Made by a program: the position numbers and the translations under genes. The notes under the pieces are model-generated. The model had not been told where the DNA came from. It did no database searches and saw nothing but the letters and a program-made list of their open reading frames with translations. A stretch of 58,641 nt of DNA, filler included, from Basidioascus undulatus (Eukaryota), in NCBI GenBank assembly GCA_000826855.1. It is 3 parts of 3 records of this genome, joined end to end, with 100 filler letters (N's around TTAATTAATTAA, not from the genome) between each part and the next. Parts side by side here need not be neighbours in the genome. Positions count along the whole stretch, not along the records: positions 19,586 to 39,067 come from JTLS01000416.1; positions 39,168 to 58,641 come from JTLS01000417.1; 1 more part is not named here. One strand, 5' to 3'. This document shows positions 35,150 to 47,311 of the stretch, one piece after another; positions within the stretch are counted from its first letter, which is position 1; each line of letters starts with the position of its first letter.

Positions 35150-36335
35150 TCAGCTCAAAGAAAGGGAAGACTTCGCAGGAGTGGCCTCGTTATCCTGCAG
35201 CTGAGGTTGAAGTACGCCTGGCAGGCCACAATCACGGAGATCAACGGGACGAGGCTTGGACGCCGGCAACCAGCGGGTGAGAGGGAAGGACAGCCCGGAG
35301 AGGAAGGCGGCGAGGGAGAGGTTTGGGGCAGCTGGCGCGGCAGGCGCGGGTGGGGGTGCGGGCTGCGACGGGGCGACGGGGACCACTTCAAACGCCACTT
35401 GGGGACGGCTGGTGCAGGTCCGGATGCCCGTGCCGAGGACGAGGATGAAGGGCCTGCAGCAGTTGATGAAGAGGTGCGACAGGCGTGGCCATAGCTGTGC
35501 GACGAAGACGAGGCGGGGGAGCCGTCGAGCGCTGCAGAAAAGGCACCTCGGCGGAGAGTATGAGCTGTCGGACCTGACGGTGAAAAAATTCAACGACCGC
35601 ACCATATCGCTTTCCCCGTCGGACTCGTACAGCTCCGACTGCGCGGCCTCACCTCTGGGTGAGACTTGAGAGGATCTGTGTCTGAGTTTGCGTGGCGGCG
35701 CGTCCGGTAGAGACTGAGCAGTGCGGGCGAGGCGTGAGAAGCGGAGTTCGGAAGGGTCTCGATTTGGGACTGGCAGACGTACGTCCGAGGCGGTATCGTT
35801 GTCCGAGCTCGGAACGAACAAGGAAGGGGAGCGGGGCCCTTGTCGAAGAGCGGGGTGTGGCGGTGGGCTGCGGAGGCGACGGCCAGCGACGCTCCCGCTC
35901 AGCGTTGGGACCGCCGGCGCCGGCGACGCCTCCGTGTCGACCTTGCGAGCCATGTCAAGCCTCAGCTTCGCGGCTACTTCCTCCTCCTCTTCTCCTTCAG
36001 TCCACTCATCCACCTCCTCGCAACCCGCACATCCTCCTCCCTCAGCCTTCTGTCCGCCTCCGTCCCCCGCTCCGGCCGGTCCCGAACCGCCACCTTCCAG
36101 AATTGCAGCAGGCTCCCCATCAGGCCCAGGCCCTCGCCCGACTTGTCCCGTCTCATCTGTGCGACGAGGACGTTTACACGGTCGTCCAACCTGTACGGCT
36201 CATCGATGAGCGCGGGCCGAGTACGCGCGAGGTGGTCGTACCGCAGGCGGATGAGGGAGCTCCGTCGGTCGAGGGACGGCGGACGAGGAGCGAGAGGGTC
36301 CGCCGGTGAAGGATTTGAAGTTGAATTTGATGGCA
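35150..36335 (-). CDS. hypothetical protein (exon structure unresolved, possibly disrupted)
   Basis: Overlapping GC-rich ORFs 35974-36417 and 35150-36013 with a frame change near 36020; no recognisable domain. Confidence 0.35.
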
Positions 36336-36740
36336 TAAGCGCGAGGATATCCGGGACGTTAGTGATGAGAGGCTGTCGAGAGAGAATGAGCAGTCGAGCG
36401 AGCTGAACAAGGGTCAAGTTGCCGAAAGCGCGCGGAGGTCACGTGGACCGACTGTGCTTACGTTGGAATAAGACTGTCGTCTAACAATCAACTTCTATCC
36501 AGGAAAATAGAACGGTAGATGCGCATGATGGTGCTTTCTAATTGATTTCAGATCTACTCAGCCCAAACGGCGTCGCATCGCTCACAATGCATTCGAGCTT
36601 CAGTTTTATTACCGTGAACTTGCTCCTGAGAGCGCCCCGGAGAACAAAGCCATGCACGCATTGCAATTACATTTGGCTGCGAAAACGTGCCCAGGGGTAT
36701 CATAGTCCGCCCTCCTTCTCACTCCATCCCCTCCCATCCC

Positions 36741-37543
36741 TCAATCGAGCACCTCAAAGTCCGTAGCCTCCACGAGCACCCTAACGAACTCCTCCAGCCC
36801 CTCGCGATCCTCCTCCCCGAACCCCTCCAGCGCCTCGCAATCCAGATCCAAAACTCCCATCGCCCTGCCCCCAACGACAATGGGCACGACAACCTCGCTC
36901 TTCGTATCTCCGTCGCACGCGATGTGGCCCGGGTACGCGTCGACGTCGGGCACGACGACCGTGCGCGCGGAGGTGAACGCGTCGGCGCAGACGCCTGCGC
37001 CCGGGATGACGCGGATGGACTGGCAGGCCGGGCGACCGTGGAACGGGCCGAGGAGGAGGAGCGGCGTGGGGGGACGCGGGGAAGAGGAGGAGGGCAGGAG
37101 GGGGGAGAGGAGGTAGAACCCTGGGACGGGGGAGGAAGGAGTGAGGGGAAGGAGTGAAGGGAAGGAGTGAAGGGAAGGAGGGAGAGGGCGAACCGGTCCA
37201 GTTTACGGGCTTTGTGGAGCCGAATGAGGGGAAGGCGTTGAGGGACCAATAGAGCAGGGACGCAGCGTTCGAGAGGTTCGTTGCCTGTCGGGAGGGCACC
37301 CCAGAGGTCTCGAGTGAGCTCCGCCCAGTCAGCAAAGGAGGGAGAGAAGAATGAGCGCACCCAGTTACGTTGCCCCTCCAACAACGCCACCAGCTGCTCG
37401 TTGATGTGTGCATAGAGCTGCGGCTTGGTCTGAACGTCGGGGGGAAGGTGGGAGGAGTCGGCGTGGGGCACTAGGGGGAGTGTCAGGAGGCGCCGTTAGG
37501 GCCGGACGTAAAATTTGGCGAGGACTGTTCAGGGCAACTGACT
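36741..37543 (-). CDS. free methionine-R-sulfoxide reductase (fRMsr, GAF domain; yeast YKL069W-like)
   Basis: MPHADSS...QRNW|ATNLSNAASLLY...VNWTG|FY...LLLGPFHGRPACQSI...GVCA...DVDAYPGHIACDGDTKSEVVVP...GVLDLDC; start codon apparently split by intron 37471-37542. Confidence 0.93.
37133..37181. repeat. purine-rich 13-bp tandem repeat in fRMsr intron
   Basis: GGAAGGAGTGA(A/G)G about 3.5 copies. Confidence 0.8.
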
Positions 37544-38264
37544 GATGGGAAGCTGAAGTATCTTGAGATAAGCAAGGCTGGGAGAAAGAAGGAAAGAGGA
37601 AAGCAAGGAAGGACGGGAAGTCAGACACGCGACTCTCACGCGAATTCGTGCCGGGATGCCGTGCTCAAGCAGGAGCGAGCAGATTACAGCGTCAAGCAGT
37701 GAAGGAAGCAAGCAAGTGGATACGTTTGTAGGATTGTCCAGACTTTGTTAAGATCATGTCGTTTCATAGATGAGGTGGTTTGGGGGTAGTGCAAAGCACC
37801 ATATCGTGTTCACGGAGCTCGGGAATCGATGCGCAGGTCCTTGACCCGCCCGCTTTCTTGGGAGTCGTGCGCGGTGTGCGAGTGTCCAGAGAGGATTTCG
37901 GCATTGCATCCCAAGGGCATTGGAAGAAGATGAACATGTCTGATCTACCCTAGTCCCCATCACCGCCCGCTGCCCATGCCCCCGGTTCCCACCATCCAGC
38001 ATCCTCCCAAAGCCCAAGGCGTCCTTCAACGCTCCATCCATCTCCATGCCCCGTCCGAGATTTGTGACCGCGTAGCGAGGACAGTTCGGCTAATGAGCAG
38101 CCGAGGGAGGTTGCAGCGATGTTCAATGGTAGTCGACCTGGACCGGACGGGCTCTGGCCGCTACGCATCAGCATCCGCCTCACCTTCCTGTTCGCCACAA
38201 CAACTGTCTCACCTTATCTTTTATTCCTTCCATCAATTATCTCCCATCATCCCCGCTCCAACCC

Positions 38265-38432
38265 TCAGCGCCCCAACGCGCCCGGGCGGCCGCGGCCAGC
38301 CAGGATCGCGATCCCCGCACACGCGACCGCCCAGAGCATGAAGTTCATAAAGCTCTGCCTGCTGACTGCGCGCTCCTCGTTGGACGTCCGAGATGCGGCA
38401 AAGATTGCGCGGAGGTTTGGGAGATTCGCCAT
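38265..38432 (-). CDS. 55-aa single-transmembrane microprotein
   Basis: MANLPNLRAIFAASRTSNEERAVSRQSFMNFMLWAVACAGIAILAGRGRPGALGR*; intronless, pyrimidine-rich leader, GC3-rich codons; below the ORF track size cut-off. Confidence 0.7.
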   Translation of the reverse strand: MANLPNLRAIFAASRTSNEERAVSRQSFMNFMLWAVACAGIAILAGRGRPGALGR

Positions 38433-38594
38433 CGCGGGAGATCGTCGTATGCGGCAAGACGAAGGAAGGGAGAAGACGGTGGAGGTTCAAAGAGAAGGAA
38501 GCGCGAGCGCGTCGCGTCGCTGTTGCTTTCCTTCTGCCCTCACCACACCGCTCCCTAATAGCCTCATGCTGACTGCTCGCAGACGGCCAAATCG

Positions 38595-39067
38595 ATGCCC
38601 ACTCTCGACTTATCTCATCTCACATCAAGCACAGTCCACTCCGGGCCGTCGCTCTCGCTCTCATCGCTGTCCCCATCGACGACCGCGCTCCTCTCGGAGA
38701 TCGTCGCGCGCTGCCCGCGCAGCGCAGCCTTCCTCGAGCTCTTCAAGGCGTACAACGACGTCCTCCAGGCGCACAGCATCGACCCAAACGAAGACGTCCA
38801 GCTGTATGGGCTCCTCCTCAAGCTCGGCGTCGTCCGCGGACGAGACTGGGGAGAGCGCTGGGAGCGTGTCGTGCAGGCTGCTGAGGAGGAGGACGGGCGG
38901 CGGCAGCACGGCGCGGGGATTGGCGTTGGGAACGGGACGAGCAGACGGGGGACTATCGTGTGGGGGAGCGAGACCGGGAGTGAGGTGGGCACGGTTGAGA
39001 CGCGGTCGCTGCAGGACGACGACGACGACGACACTCGGTCCCAGCACACCGCTCTTCCCCCGCCTCT
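38595..39067 (+). CDS. Sfi1-like spindle pole body protein N-terminus, truncated by gap
   Basis: FLELFKAYNDVLQAHSIDPNEDVQLYGLLLKLGVVRGRDWGERW resembles the recalled N-terminal domain of fungal Sfi1 proteins; Trp repeats not visible because of the gap. Confidence 0.65.
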
Positions 39068-39167
39068 NNNNNNNNNNNNNNNNNNNNNNNNNNNNNNNNN
39101 NNNNNNNNNNNTTAATTAATTAANNNNNNNNNNNNNNNNNNNNNNNNNNNNNNNNNNNNNNNNNNNN
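39068..39167. other. scaffold gap with artificial TTAATTAATTAA linker
   Basis: 100 nt of N with central TTAATTAATTAA (39112-39123). Confidence 0.97.
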
Positions 39168-39287
39168 ATTCTTTCTGGGGTGGATATGTACCGGGTTAGA
39201 GCGGCGCTGCGCTGGAGAAACCACGAGGTCGCGTTCGGGGTGGGACTGGCGGGTGAGGGGAGGGGGATGGCAGATGGAAGTCAGTAA

Positions 39288-40070
39288 CTATGTCGGGGGA
39301 TACGATGATGATGGTGAGTATGCAGGAATGGAGAATGGATCAACTCGAGGAGGCAGAGAGCGGGTCGCAGCGGCGGGATGGCTGAAGGTTAGCCAGTCGG
39401 GGAACAGGCAGGCTAGTGAGCCCCCCCTCGAACAGCCCGCAGGAGCGCAGCCATCTCGACACGCCCGCGCAGACTGCCGCCAGGCGCAATGCATACGCCC
39501 AGCACCCCAGCGCAGCTCTGGTCGCCATCACTCCTTTCCATATTTTGAAGCGACGAGCGAGGTTCGGGCAGGTTCCCGTCCCTCGCGCAGTGTGCGCGAA
39601 GGCAGCCACCCCCGCAAGCACGTGGAAGCGGGCGGCGACCCCGAGCGCCTGGGCTCATGACCGCGCTGCTCAACATGGACAACGACGAGCTCACCTCTAG
39701 GAAGGGCGGCGGGGAGGTCGGCGGGTGTTGGGAGAGAAGGAGGACGCGGCGGGAGGGGCTTGAGGGCAGAGGCAGCGGCGGCTTGCGCTCTGGCCTGGGA
39801 CAGAGAGGGCGGTTGGGCAGAGGACAGCGGGGCTATGGGGTCTGCCATCATCCTCGTCGGCGGGGCGCTCGCGCTCGCTGTTGGCGGTCCCGTCGTCGTT
39901 GTTGGCGGTGTTGTCGCCGTTGCAGACGATGCTGGTGGTGTAGGTTTGAAGGGGCGAGCTTGGGCAGGAGGTGTCACAGAGAAGCAGTCGCTTCGCGCGA
40001 GGGCGGGCCGAACCCGGGTCTGGGCCTTGCCATTGCCCTTCTCGCAGTTGTGGCTCTTGACTTTTGACAT
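39288..40070 (-). CDS. hypothetical Pro/Thr/Ala-rich protein
   Basis: ORF 39528-40106 with GTGAGC donor near 39693 and a CTAAC..CAG acceptor near 39382 leading to a stop at 39288. Confidence 0.35.
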
Positions 40071-41793
40071 TCTCCTAAGCCAAACGCGCCCTTTTTCAGT
40101 GGACATCTGTTCCTTGCAGTCTTTTCTTTATTGAGTTCAGAGTCTCCCCTTAGCGAACAGACCTTGTCCACTGCACACAGCCAGTCCCCGACAGCCTGTT
40201 TCAGAAATCACTGAGACTTGAGAGATGATCGTCGCTGTCGCCCTCTTCCATACTGTACCTCCCCAGTACCCATCACGCCAAGTCAACGCCTTTTGGCTCC
40301 CTCCACATCCTCAACGCTCACATCGATAGCCCATCCGCAGTCCTGTCCTAACCGTTAGCAAGAGCCAGACGCGTTCAAGCTCCATCGTGTAAATGAATCC
40401 CGACGCGCTATTGACTTGCGCGCCAAGGGTGCCTTCATCTTGCTTCTCCATTGCTCCACGCACATCGCGCTCAATAATGCGCACTCTGGAGGTCCGATGT
40501 GCGATGCTGCTGACCACCGCCAATACGAGGATGAAAAGGAGCAAAAGGACTTGTGACGAAGCCACCATTGCCAACTGCTCGCTGCGCCAACTGCACCAGC
40601 ACAGTGGTGCCTGCAAGGCACCCCTGAACCCCTCACCCCCAACCTGTCCCCCGAGAGACGGGTTGACAGGGCTTTTCTCCCCTCACTGTCCGTTTGTGTC
40701 TTTTACAATCTTTTCAGCACATTTCATTTGCTTTTCGCTTCATTTCGCAGTCGTCTGGTCCGGGAAGCCACGCGATCTTGACAGCTAGGAGGTGCATGGG
40801 CTCCGGTGATCCAGCCAGTGGGAATTGCGTGAAATTTTTCGGGGTAGACATGAAAAGACCCGGACGATTGCAAGTACAACTTGGTGCAACTTGGCATGTA
40901 TGGAAAGGTAGAGCGGCTCTGCGGCGGATATGCGGTGGGTGTTGTGGCTGTTGTCGCCGGAAGACGGTATGCGTTTTGTTTTGAGATGCTTACCAGTTGC
41001 TCTAAAACCCATCAGAGCACTGGTACTGAAAACTTCCTACTCTTGAGAGCTGCGAACCTCAGAAGCTTTTGCATGTAAGAGACAGGTTGTCAGTCTGTAA
41101 GTGCGAGGCCGCAAAACGTACAAATGGGGGTGAGCTTCGAACAGGATAGGTTACGCTGTGAGAGAAAGCAGGAGCCGGCGTGACTAACTGGAGCGTATAG
41201 CAGTAGTCGATTCTCAGACCAAATCAAGCTCTCTGGGGTAAAGAGTATGAGAAGCCAGATGGGCCTAATACGCAACTTCTTGCAGTTGAACGATGCGAGT
41301 TGCCGGACAGGCTTGGGTAGACGTGACGGGTGGGTGACAGATAAGCTTCGTAGAGTGTGGTACTGTTTTTTCCCCAGAGAAAAAGCATTTGTAGAAGGTG
41401 TTTGGTGAGATAACACGGATACGAGCAGGAGAGGAGAGGACAGAGGTGGTACGCCAGAAGCACGCGCAGCAGAAGGGTGTATCACATGCATCCGCAGAAG
41501 GTACGAATGCGGGCGGAGTACGACTACAGAAGTTCAAAACATTCTGAAATCTCAAAGGAACTCCTCAAGCGGGCGTGTAGGCGGGCTTGCGTAAATTTAG
41601 GACATGCAGGAAGGACAGGGTGGTCTGCAGCGGTGCGTAGAGTGTGGTGGGCTGTGGCAAGGCTTTGACACTGCATGGCAGGACATAGATGCTTCAGTAA
41701 CTGAGATGAATGTGCTGATGAGCTCATGTGAAGCTGAGGGGGGACGAGAGAAAATGGGGTTGCCAAGTGACCAATTGATGAAGTCGAAAAAGC

Positions 41794-41794
<1 letters not shown>

Positions 41795-41838
<44 letters not shown>
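41795..41838 (+). repeat. poly(A)44 tract
   Basis: 44 consecutive A, flanked by AAAAAGCC on both sides. Confidence 0.95.
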
Positions 41839-41839
<1 letters not shown>

Positions 41840-42213
41840 CCCGGATCGTCCCGACGTAAACGGCTCAAAATTTCAGAATACAGTGGGAAAGCGGTGCCTG
41901 TAATATTGACCAGCCAGGAGAAGAACGCAAGAACCGTCATAGGGAAAATTGCTGCAACTAATGTCGTGGCTCAGACCTGCGCCGTCTGTAATTTCGGCAC
42001 AAGTTCAACTTTCATGGGATTTTACTCTAAATTCCTTATCCGCTATTCCTTGTCCGCTATTCATTGCGAATCAATATCAAGAAGCAATGAGTCGGATTTT
42101 GAAGACTATTATCACAGTTGTCCTTCTCGCTGCAGCGCCCACCCATGAAAGATGTTCAGCATTGCGCCTCACGCTTGTCATGCGAGGTATTGATCAATCG
42201 ACATGTTACTGAT

Positions 42214-43270
42214 TCAAGTCAACCAAGCCGCATAGAAAAGACGCACGCTGAACAGCACTGGAAGCCACTTCCAAAACCAGACGACCTGAGTTGGCGGTAT
42301 GATCGGATGCTTCTCCAGGAGATGCGCCGATTTCAGAGGACCCGGCTTCGTGAACCCCGCCCAGAGGTGAAATGCCTCCGGCTGCGCCTAGCGCGAGAGG
42401 GCGACGACGAGCTCGACGCACTCCTCGATCGTGTACGTCGCGTTCATGCCCCAGTGCAGGCCGCCGCCCTGGAGGATGACAGGGCTGAGGCTGCGCGCGG
42501 GCGAGTCGCCGGGGAGGAGGTTGAACGTGTGTCGGAAGCTCTGGAAGTCGCCGCAGTGGTAGCTGTGCGGAAAGAGGACTCGAGTGTGTGGCGGAGGACG
42601 GGAAGGATGGAGGGAAGGGGAGGAGAGACGCACGCGTGCTGGTGCAAGAAGTGGACCCTCCCCCCGCACATGTCCTCGCCCGTGACCTTCTTCAGGGTGG
42701 TTGTCGTTCGCGGGATGAACGCGCGGCACCACTTGCCGGCATTGAACATCTTGTCGCCCACGCACTCCTCCAGGTGCTCATGCCCAATCACGTCCCCGTC
42801 CGGCCGGTCGCGGAGGAGGATCATGAGCGCGTTCTCGAGGTGTCGCATCAGAGAGTCACCGTGGATGTATATATGCCCGAACGCGTTGAGGAGGTCGCAC
42901 GCCTCGGCGAGGGAGTAGACGTGCAGGGGGGGGGCATGTGGGCGGGGTGAAGGAGAGAGTGAGGGAGGAGAGTGGCCGGTCGGGAGACTGCATCGTGTTG
43001 ATTGAGGGGGATTGTGCGTGTGCGGGAGGTCAGAAAGAAGCTGCGAGGACGTGCAGCCGCCATAACGCGGCCGGGATGGCACGCTGGCCTACGCGCGTCG
43101 GAGGCGGGGGAGCGGGGCAAGGGGGAGACGCGGGTATGGACCATGCGTAGGATGCAAACGTGCAGTGGATCGTTGATTGGGATGACGGATTGTTGTGCAA
43201 GAGCGCGAGAAGGCAACAAGGACGATGATGAGCGCAGCAGCGATCAGGAACCGACCTCGCGGCAGGGCCT
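42214..43270 (-). pseudogene. SGNH/PC-esterase-like (GDS motif) type II membrane protein, disrupted
   Basis: TM FLIAAALIIVLVAFS; EACDLLNAFGHIYIHGDSLMRHLENALMILLR; GGLHW block; TM frame hits a stop before the GDS exon; in-frame TAG at 42388 followed by coding-like AQPEAFHLWAG. Confidence 0.55.
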
Positions 43271-46200
43271 GAAGGGTGGACTACTGTAAGTCCTAGTAGC
43301 CCCCTCACTGCTTGACAGTAAAACGCACTTTGGACACGCTCGAAATGGACATCCCCTGCTCCTCCTCAGGTCCTGGTGGTAACGAGACAGAAAGGAAATC
43401 CCAAAATCCAAAATCCATGGCACGCTCGGTAGTTACCGACCCCCTTGGCTGGGAACGCTGGAGCGGCTGGACGACGCAGCGACAAGTCCGAGTGAGACAG
43501 GGCGTTCAAGAACGCAGCGCACTTTGCACGCGGCGGTGCGGTAACCTTCGGCGCTGGGACTGCCAACGGCACAAGTGGAGAGCCTTGATAAAAGACTAAA
43601 AAAAACCCATCTAAAGATGTGATCAATCAATCCTGAACACTACTCGCTGATGGTCGCACACATCGGCGATTGACAGAAATGTTCGACGGTGACTGCAGCC
43701 CTCGCGACGACTCACCACCGCGAGCATCCCAGGACAATCGGCGTCGCTGTTCCATTCATCCTCGTCTCCATCACCAACGCCTCGGCTATGAGTGATGGTG
43801 AAACCCTGGCCCTGGTGAATGTTGGTATGGGTCGAGCTGTGAACCATGATGGCTGCGTTGGAACGTTACACCTAGCCGGGAGAGGAAAGCTGAATTTCTG
43901 AGTTGTGAGTCGGAAGGATCATCTGGCCTCATTTTCCTGTAAATAAGTAAAAGACAAAGCGAGGAAGTGAAAGCGCTGCACGTTCTTGAACCTACGGAAG
44001 CACCCCTCGACGCTGTGCCCAGTGGTTTGTTCAGGTCCATGTCCTCCACCGCCCATAGGTCAGTCCATCCAGCGCCTTGCAATTGTTTACCGTGCTCAGT
44101 ACTCTCTTCGAATTGGCGGACCCGCCGGCGCCTTTGTCCAGTTGGGATTCAAACTGGAACTTGAACAGCGTCGGCACCGGCACAGGCGGCGAGACTGGCG
44201 ACAATTCCAAAGCTTGGCCTATTGAAAGATTACTTTGTTTTGTCACCGGGTTTGGCAGGGATATCAAGCAGCTTCGAACCTAAGAGGTTGACGGGGTGTG
44301 GTGTGAACCGCCGTCCATGGTGGGGCAACGCGGCTGAAGCATGCAAGACGTGCCCCCAGTATATCCATTGTTATGGCTGAAAATTCTTATTCGAAGATCC
44401 CGGCTCTGGAAATGGAATTTGATCACAAAGTTCATCTGCACCGTCGGGAGGTTGCGATTGGCGCCTCGTCGTGCCACCACAGCCGACTCGCGGTAGCAGT
44501 CTGACTACACTTATTTACTTTAGTATCTGAGCAAGGTGCGGAATTCATCGCATACCATACAAAATGATGCGCAGTTTTTGGTACCAGAAGACTTCGCAGT
44601 GAGCGAGGGCATCCGCAACGTGCTCACAGTGCAACTACAAACTGTGCAAGACTCCACGACGCAACTTCAGCTGATGCGCAGCTTGGGTCTTAAAGTATAA
44701 AACAATAAATTGCCGTTGAATTAAATTATAGCCTTCAGACTCCTTTGGTTCAGGCCGAACTTCTGTGGAGCTCTCTACAATCGGTCTCTTGCTAGGGACG
44801 CTCAAGGTGCCCCACTCCCCCAATCCGAGCACTCCATGGATAGCCTGAAGTATTTCTCCATTTTATTTCTCCAAAAAGTGTAGGCTATCCACCTTCCGTC
44901 CCGCTTCTCTTCCTTCCTCCTGGCGACTGAGTACTTCTGTCGATTGGATTGTCACCCCCTTCATTGATGCACTATGGTTAATGAGCTCCTTGTGTTATCT
45001 TCTGCTCACTGATTAGGCGGCTGTCCCAGCCCCGGCTGCTGGGGCCTGCCAGTGCGCCTCGAACCCTTGAACATTTCATGAGCCCTTCGTCTAAAGTCAG
45101 CTAAACATGCCACGCAGACGCCTTGCCGCGCACACCCGTCTGCTCGTTACGCAACACCTACCCCTGAGCGAGGGCCTTGAGGGGTAGCTCGTACAGTAGG
45201 CGTTGTTGTCTAGTTCAGACTCAGCGGGACTGCGGGCGTCGGCACCGGCGGCGAAGCGGGCCACCGTGCGAAGCCGGACAGAAAAGGAGCGTTATGTTTG
45301 AAAAAGAAGGTAAGGATAGGAAAGAAGTTGTGCCAGCAGCCGAACCGTGTTGGTCTGTGTGGTCACGACCGGAGATAGCTGGGTGTGCGTTCCGTACAGC
45401 CCCCGTGCCGTTCAGCCATCAGCAAGACCTAGTCCGTCCAAGACACATTTTTACCAGCATTTTATCTGGGTGAGGTAGATTAGTGCTGATATCCATAAGA
45501 TCGTGGTGAGGACGGCGGCGAGGTTCGATATCGGATTGCGCAGCAATCTAGCTGTGCGGTTGCTTGGAGTCTTTGTGTATCATTCTATATATTGACTATA
45601 TGGGAGACATAAATGACCTCCAGGCTGTACCACGCCAAGACAGCTTGGCCCTGGAGGAGGTCAGCCGGAAGCATGTCACACTCGCCAGGACGCTCACACT
45701 CAGTGCCAACAGTCCAAAGACTCCGGCACGTTGGGCTATCAGCAATATACATACATAGTAACATTTCACAGGTTTCCGGTACCACTTGGAGGTGCCACAG
45801 CTTCAACCTGCGCTTTTGTAGCGCTCTACCCAACTCTGCAATTGGACTCCTAAGTGACGCTGAAGGCACCCCACCCCCCAACTGAGCCCACTCTATATAT
45901 GGTTGGGAAGGATTATTTGACTGGAACTCTCCAACAAGAACAGGCTGTCTACCCATCCTTTCACCTGGGATTGTCCTCGCAGCGCGTCCGCCCTGCCTTC
46001 TAACAAATGTATAGTTGCTCCTGTTGATGGGCTTATCAACCTTTCTCTCACGTCTCTCAATACAGCGTCATGTCCAGTAGGGAACATGGGTTGCGTGTGT
46101 TGTCAGCAGGTCACTGAGAGTCACACTACGCTGTCGTCATTCTGCTGGAGACCTGGGCCTCGAACCCTCAAAAGTCAGGAGCTTTTCCTGTCAGGGCAAC

Positions 46201-47311
46201 TGAGCAGGACATGACTTTCTGTCGTCAAGCATTTGGGCGTGTGATACCATACAGTAAATGCATCAGTGAGGGGCTGCACTTTTTGATCCCTTGCTCCGGG
46301 GCTTCCCGCGCGTGGAGATCATGCAGTCCCTCAGGCTGTCAACGACGGCAGGGATGTATTTCGCTCGGCATACCCAGCTTCTGTTGTGCCGGTCTGATGC
46401 AGACCAGTAATGCCATGCAGGGTCCTAAGTACTTCACGCTAGCAGCATTCCAGCTGGCACATTGTCTTGATCATCGCTGCAGCTCGTTGTCGAATGTCAG
46501 ATGTCCGGACTCGGAGCGGAGCTGAAGATTCTCCTCCCAGCTTCCCCCTGTGCACGCATATCAAATAAGAAAAAAGGGCCTCTCCATCACTTGAAAAAGT
46601 TTTCAGGGGTCTGCTTTAGCGATTCGATGATGCTTCTCCTTTGTGCTCGGCGAGCGATGATCATCATCATCTGCTGCAGATTCGAGCCTGTCAGCAAGCG
46701 GAGTGGTGCCAATACTTCTCTCAAAGCTGCTCGTGACAAGCATTTGTAGGTTAATATCGTGACCCTATTTTTGTCCCAAAGGCTTGCCATAAGTCAACCC
46801 GACTGCTTGGAAATGGTGGGCTTGAAGAAAAGCTGCAGAAGTGCGGCTGATGTGATGGACGAGCAACCACTTACTTGGCCCAGCCGGTTGCCACAGTATC
46901 TTCTGAAATTTTGAGAGCTCGGTTGGTGCATGCAATTATTGACACCGATGCTTAAAGTTTTAAGCCAAGTCGATTGAACAGTTTGTAAGGTGAATAAGGT
47001 GAGTAAGATGAGTCCTCGGCACAGCCGAAATGACTGCAAGGCGCTGCCGCGGAGGCAAACGTCGGTTCGCGTGCCTCGACGGCGCGACGCCTGCCCCAGC
47101 TGCTTGCCCTTGGTCGAGGAGCACCTGCTCGCCTTCCTTCTATCTTTTCACACCCAGCACAGGGCTCTACGCCTTCCCGTTCGTTCATTTGGGTTCCCTT
47201 CGACCGCTACACCCATTTCGATCGCGCAGCCGGTGCGCTTCGTAGCTGCCATTCGACTGAGCTCTACCATCACCAATCATCGCGCTCTAGAACCACCACG
47301 CGGCGATCAGC

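Noticed and set aside
40287..40300. GCCTTTTGGCT resembling the U2 snRNA 5' end
   Set aside because: Not followed by AGATCAAGTGTAGTA.
41715..41760. CTGATGA hammerhead-like core (also 28241)
   Set aside because: No stem II followed by GAAA.
41524..41940. ORFs with poly-Phe or poly-Lys runs
   Set aside because: Translation artefacts of the poly(A) tract.
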